Assembly: GCA_045594745.1 (NCBI GenBank)
Contig: JAZNZC010000001.1
Span: 1-59,472, forward strand
DNA length: 59,472 bases
DNA from: Eubacteriales bacterium
Lineage (GTDB): Bacteria > Bacillota > Clostridia > Oscillospirales > CAG-272
Direction: 5' to 3'
Part shown: piece after piece, positions 56,958-59,472 of the stretch
Numbering within the stretch: position 1 is the first letter of the stretch
Layout of the letters: every line of letters starts with the position of its first letter
Notes under the pieces: generated by a model
The model's database searches: none
Seen by the model: the letters and a program-made list of their open reading frames with translations, nothing else
Told to the model about the DNA's origin: nothing
Position numbers and translations under genes: made by a program

Positions 56958-59354
56958 ATGAAAAAAGCACCCTGCAAGACCGATATTAAGGTTAGTCGCG
57001 GCGCGGCTGTAAAGGATGTGAAAGCATCCGCAAAGGCGTTGATTTTTCAAAACGCCACGGGTATTTCTTTCCGTTTGACCTTTGAAGGTATTCACGGTTG
57101 GAGATTGCAAAGCAGCAAGAATGGCAAATTTGACGATATGGGCGCTTGCCAAATGCTCGCTCAGTTTATGAACGAGGAGCTCAAGGGCAAAGCACAAAAG
57201 CTCACCATCGTTGCAGATAAAAACACGGTAACCATCGCCGAAAAGAAGGGAACAAAGGCGATTCTGTCTTTGGGCAAAGAGTTCTCCCTGCAGTTCTGTA
57301 CTCCTGACGGCAAGGTAATCACAGAGCTGACCGACATCTCTTATGTAGGTAAGAGAACCGTTGTAAAGGGAACGCTGAACGATGGCGAGGCCATCTACGG
57401 TGGTGGCGAGCGTTTGGACGCCCTCAATAAGAGAGGCAGTGCATTTGAACTGCGTACCTGCGACGGTTGGAACAACTCGAGCACGACCTACGTGGTCATT
57501 CCTACGTTCCTGACCACACGCGGTGGAGGTATGTTTTTCAACCGCAACGAGGCGGCAAATGTTGACTTCGGTAAGGCAGTAGAGAACGAGTGGTTCTATT
57601 CTGTTCGCGAGAGCGAGATCGACTGCTACTTCTATCCTACGGGTAGCATGGCAGATGTTCTGCAAGGCTACACCGAGCTGGCGGGCCACGCATATATGCC
57701 AACGCCTTGGATGCAGGGTATGCACCTTTGCCGCTACACCCCCGACTTTTGCTGGTTCGAAAAGGACTACAAGTATGAGTCCCTCGAGGCAGTTGAAAAC
57801 TGGCAGGATCTTTACGTAGCATCAGGTAAGGAATACGTTTCCGTTACCACGCTTGACGAAGCTGCACGCGCAGCAGAGAAGATCTACTTTGCAAAAAAGG
57901 ACGACGGTTCCTTTGTTCGCAAGTACGTTAGAAACGATGCAGGCGAGCTGATGAACAGTGGTCCCAAGGGCAACCCCGGCGGTAGCAGCTGCAAGACCAT
58001 TATGACCAACTACATCAACGCAGATATGAAGCCTGAGGCTGCAAGCATGGAAGCACGCGAGTGGGCACAGTGCTTTAACGATACCGATGCAAGCCGCGCC
58101 AACAAAGAGGATCTGCGCAAGTCTATTGAGTGGTTACACGATCACGGTATGCACGCAATGGTCTACATTCGCGTAGGCGGCATTTACAACACCAACATTG
58201 GCTACAAGGATGAATATCGCGTACATGCTGACGTAGAAGTTACCAACGAGGACGGCACCGTTACCGTTCGTGAGAACACCACAGGTATCCCGTGGATCCT
58301 TGGTACCGGTGACAACCCCGACGTTGTTCGCGGTTCCGCTGACATCAAGACCTGCGATTATCTCGACATCACCAACGAAGAAGCTACCGACTGGTACTTC
58401 GGCAAGATCTGGGGTGAGATGATCGAGATGGGTATGGATGGCGTTAAGATCGACTTCTGCGAGGTTATGCCCGAGGGCGAAAAGCAGATCGGTATTACCA
58501 AGACGCACTATAAGTGGAAGAGACCCGAGTTCTTCACTCCCGGCACCGAGCACCACGCATATCCCGTATATTTCATTTCCGCATTCTATAAGAAGATGAT
58601 CGAGCTCAAGGCACAAAAGGGACTCAAGGACGGCTTTATGGTCTTTGTACGCGGCGGCGGCATTGGCTCGCAGCGTAATCCCTATATGTGGTCGGGCGAC
58701 CAAGCACGCGACTACGTAAAGCTTGACGACCAACTCTTTGCAACCGTCAACTGCGGTCTGTCGGGTCTGCCGTATATGTCCTTCGATATGTCCGGTTATG
58801 CTTACTACCGCACCGACTACCACAAGATCGGCAAAGAGAAGGAATCCGCTGTTTTCGTACGCGGCCTCGAGTTCACTACCTTCCTGACACAAATGCAAAC
58901 ACACGGCGACGTTCGTCACGCGTATGAGATGACCGAGGATGCACAGCAGATCTACCGCAACTACACGCGTCTGCACACCGAGCTCATCCCCTATATGCAA
59001 AAGTATTCCAAGATCGCGTGCGACACGGGTATGCCTCCCGTACGTCACCTCGTTCTCAACTATATGAATGATGCAAACGTCTACAACATTGAGGACGAAT
59101 TCCTGCTGGGTGAAGGCTTGCTCGTTGCTCCCATCTTGACAGAAGAGACCTTCGAACGCGATGTTTACCTGCCTGCAGGCGAGTGGATCGACCTGCTCAC
59201 AGGCGAAACTCTTGAGGGCGGCAAGACTGTTCACGCAAAAGCGAACATCGGTCAGATCCCCGTATACCTCAACAATTCCTCCAAGGATGCCGCCGAGCTG
59301 AAGCCCATCTTCGATGGCATCAACTGGTATAACATCAAGCATTGGCAAGCATAA
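56958..59354 (+). CDS. Glycoside hydrolase family 31
   Basis: IYGGGE, GVKIDFCE nucleophile, WSGD acid/base, LIPY, FLLGEGLLVAPI, VYLPAGEW. Confidence 0.9.
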   Translation: MKKAPCKTDIKVSRGAAVKDVKASAKALIFQNATGISFRLTFEGIHGWRLQSSKNGKFDDMGACQMLAQFMNEELKGKAQKLTIVADKNTVTIAEKKGTKAILSLGKEFSLQFCTPDGKVITELTDISYVGKRTVVKGTLNDGEAIYGGGERLDALNKRGSAFELRTCDGWNNSSTTYVVIPTFLTTRGGGMFFNRNEAANVDFGKAVENEWFYSVRESEIDCYFYPTGSMADVLQGYTELAGHAYMPTPWMQGMHLCRYTPDFCWFEKDYKYESLEAVENWQDLYVASGKEYVSVTTLDEAARAAEKIYFAKKDDGSFVRKYVRNDAGELMNSGPKGNPGGSSCKTIMTNYINADMKPEAASMEAREWAQCFNDTDASRANKEDLRKSIEWLHDHGMHAMVYIRVGGIYNTNIGYKDEYRVHADVEVTNEDGTVTVRENTTGIPWILGTGDNPDVVRGSADIKTCDYLDITNEEATDWYFGKIWGEMIEMGMDGVKIDFCEVMPEGEKQIGITKTHYKWKRPEFFTPGTEHHAYPVYFISAFYKKMIELKAQKGLKDGFMVFVRGGGIGSQRNPYMWSGDQARDYVKLDDQLFATVNCGLSGLPYMSFDMSGYAYYRTDYHKIGKEKESAVFVRGLEFTTFLTQMQTHGDVRHAYEMTEDAQQIYRNYTRLHTELIPYMQKYSKIACDTGMPPVRHLVLNYMNDANVYNIEDEFLLGEGLLVAPILTEETFERDVYLPAGEWIDLLTGETLEGGKTVHAKANIGQIPVYLNNSSKDAAELKPIFDGINWYNIKHWQA

Positions 59355-59397
59355 AACGCAATACGCATTGTAAAAAACGCATCATATAATATAAAAT

Positions 59398-59437
59398 CCC
59401 CCGCGCCCGGGAACTCCCCGCCCGGGGGGTTTTTTTA
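59398..59437 (+). terminator. Probable intrinsic terminator
   Basis: GC-rich imperfect stem followed by T8. Confidence 0.55.
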
Positions 59438-59472
59438 TTTCTGGGGGGGTGTATTGATATTTGTGAAACAAA

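Overview
Chromosomal window from a Clostridia-type Firmicute (inferred from gene content and sigma-A promoters). Most of it is housekeeping: M16 peptidase pair, lgt, folD, ygiQ, ttcA, ferredoxin, ricT, holB, trmK, rlmD, pflBA with a ZTP riboswitch, birA and a two-gene suf pair, followed by a large carbohydrate ABC-uptake locus with a GH31. Two AT-richer accessory regions stand out. (1) 6.3-11.6 kb: two surface-protein genes, each paired with a near-identical operator-XRE-terminator module. (2) 22.65-27.8 kb, the main finding: an integron-like array of seven short cassettes stacked at the 3' end of rlmD. Each cassette is bounded by a fresh copy of the rlmD tail (HVESVVCLTR, varying almost only synonymously). 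Each copy is preceded by a fixed-geometry arm that forms a ~46-bp imperfect palindrome centred on a CA dinucleotide, resembling a large-serine-recombinase site. No recombinase is encoded in the window. The first cassette also holds an 11-hairpin array with constant GTGATAT/ATATCAC linkers directly upstream of a four-helix-bundle (IVP/Avd-like) gene. All calls come from reading the sequence by eye; no searches or folding programs were run.
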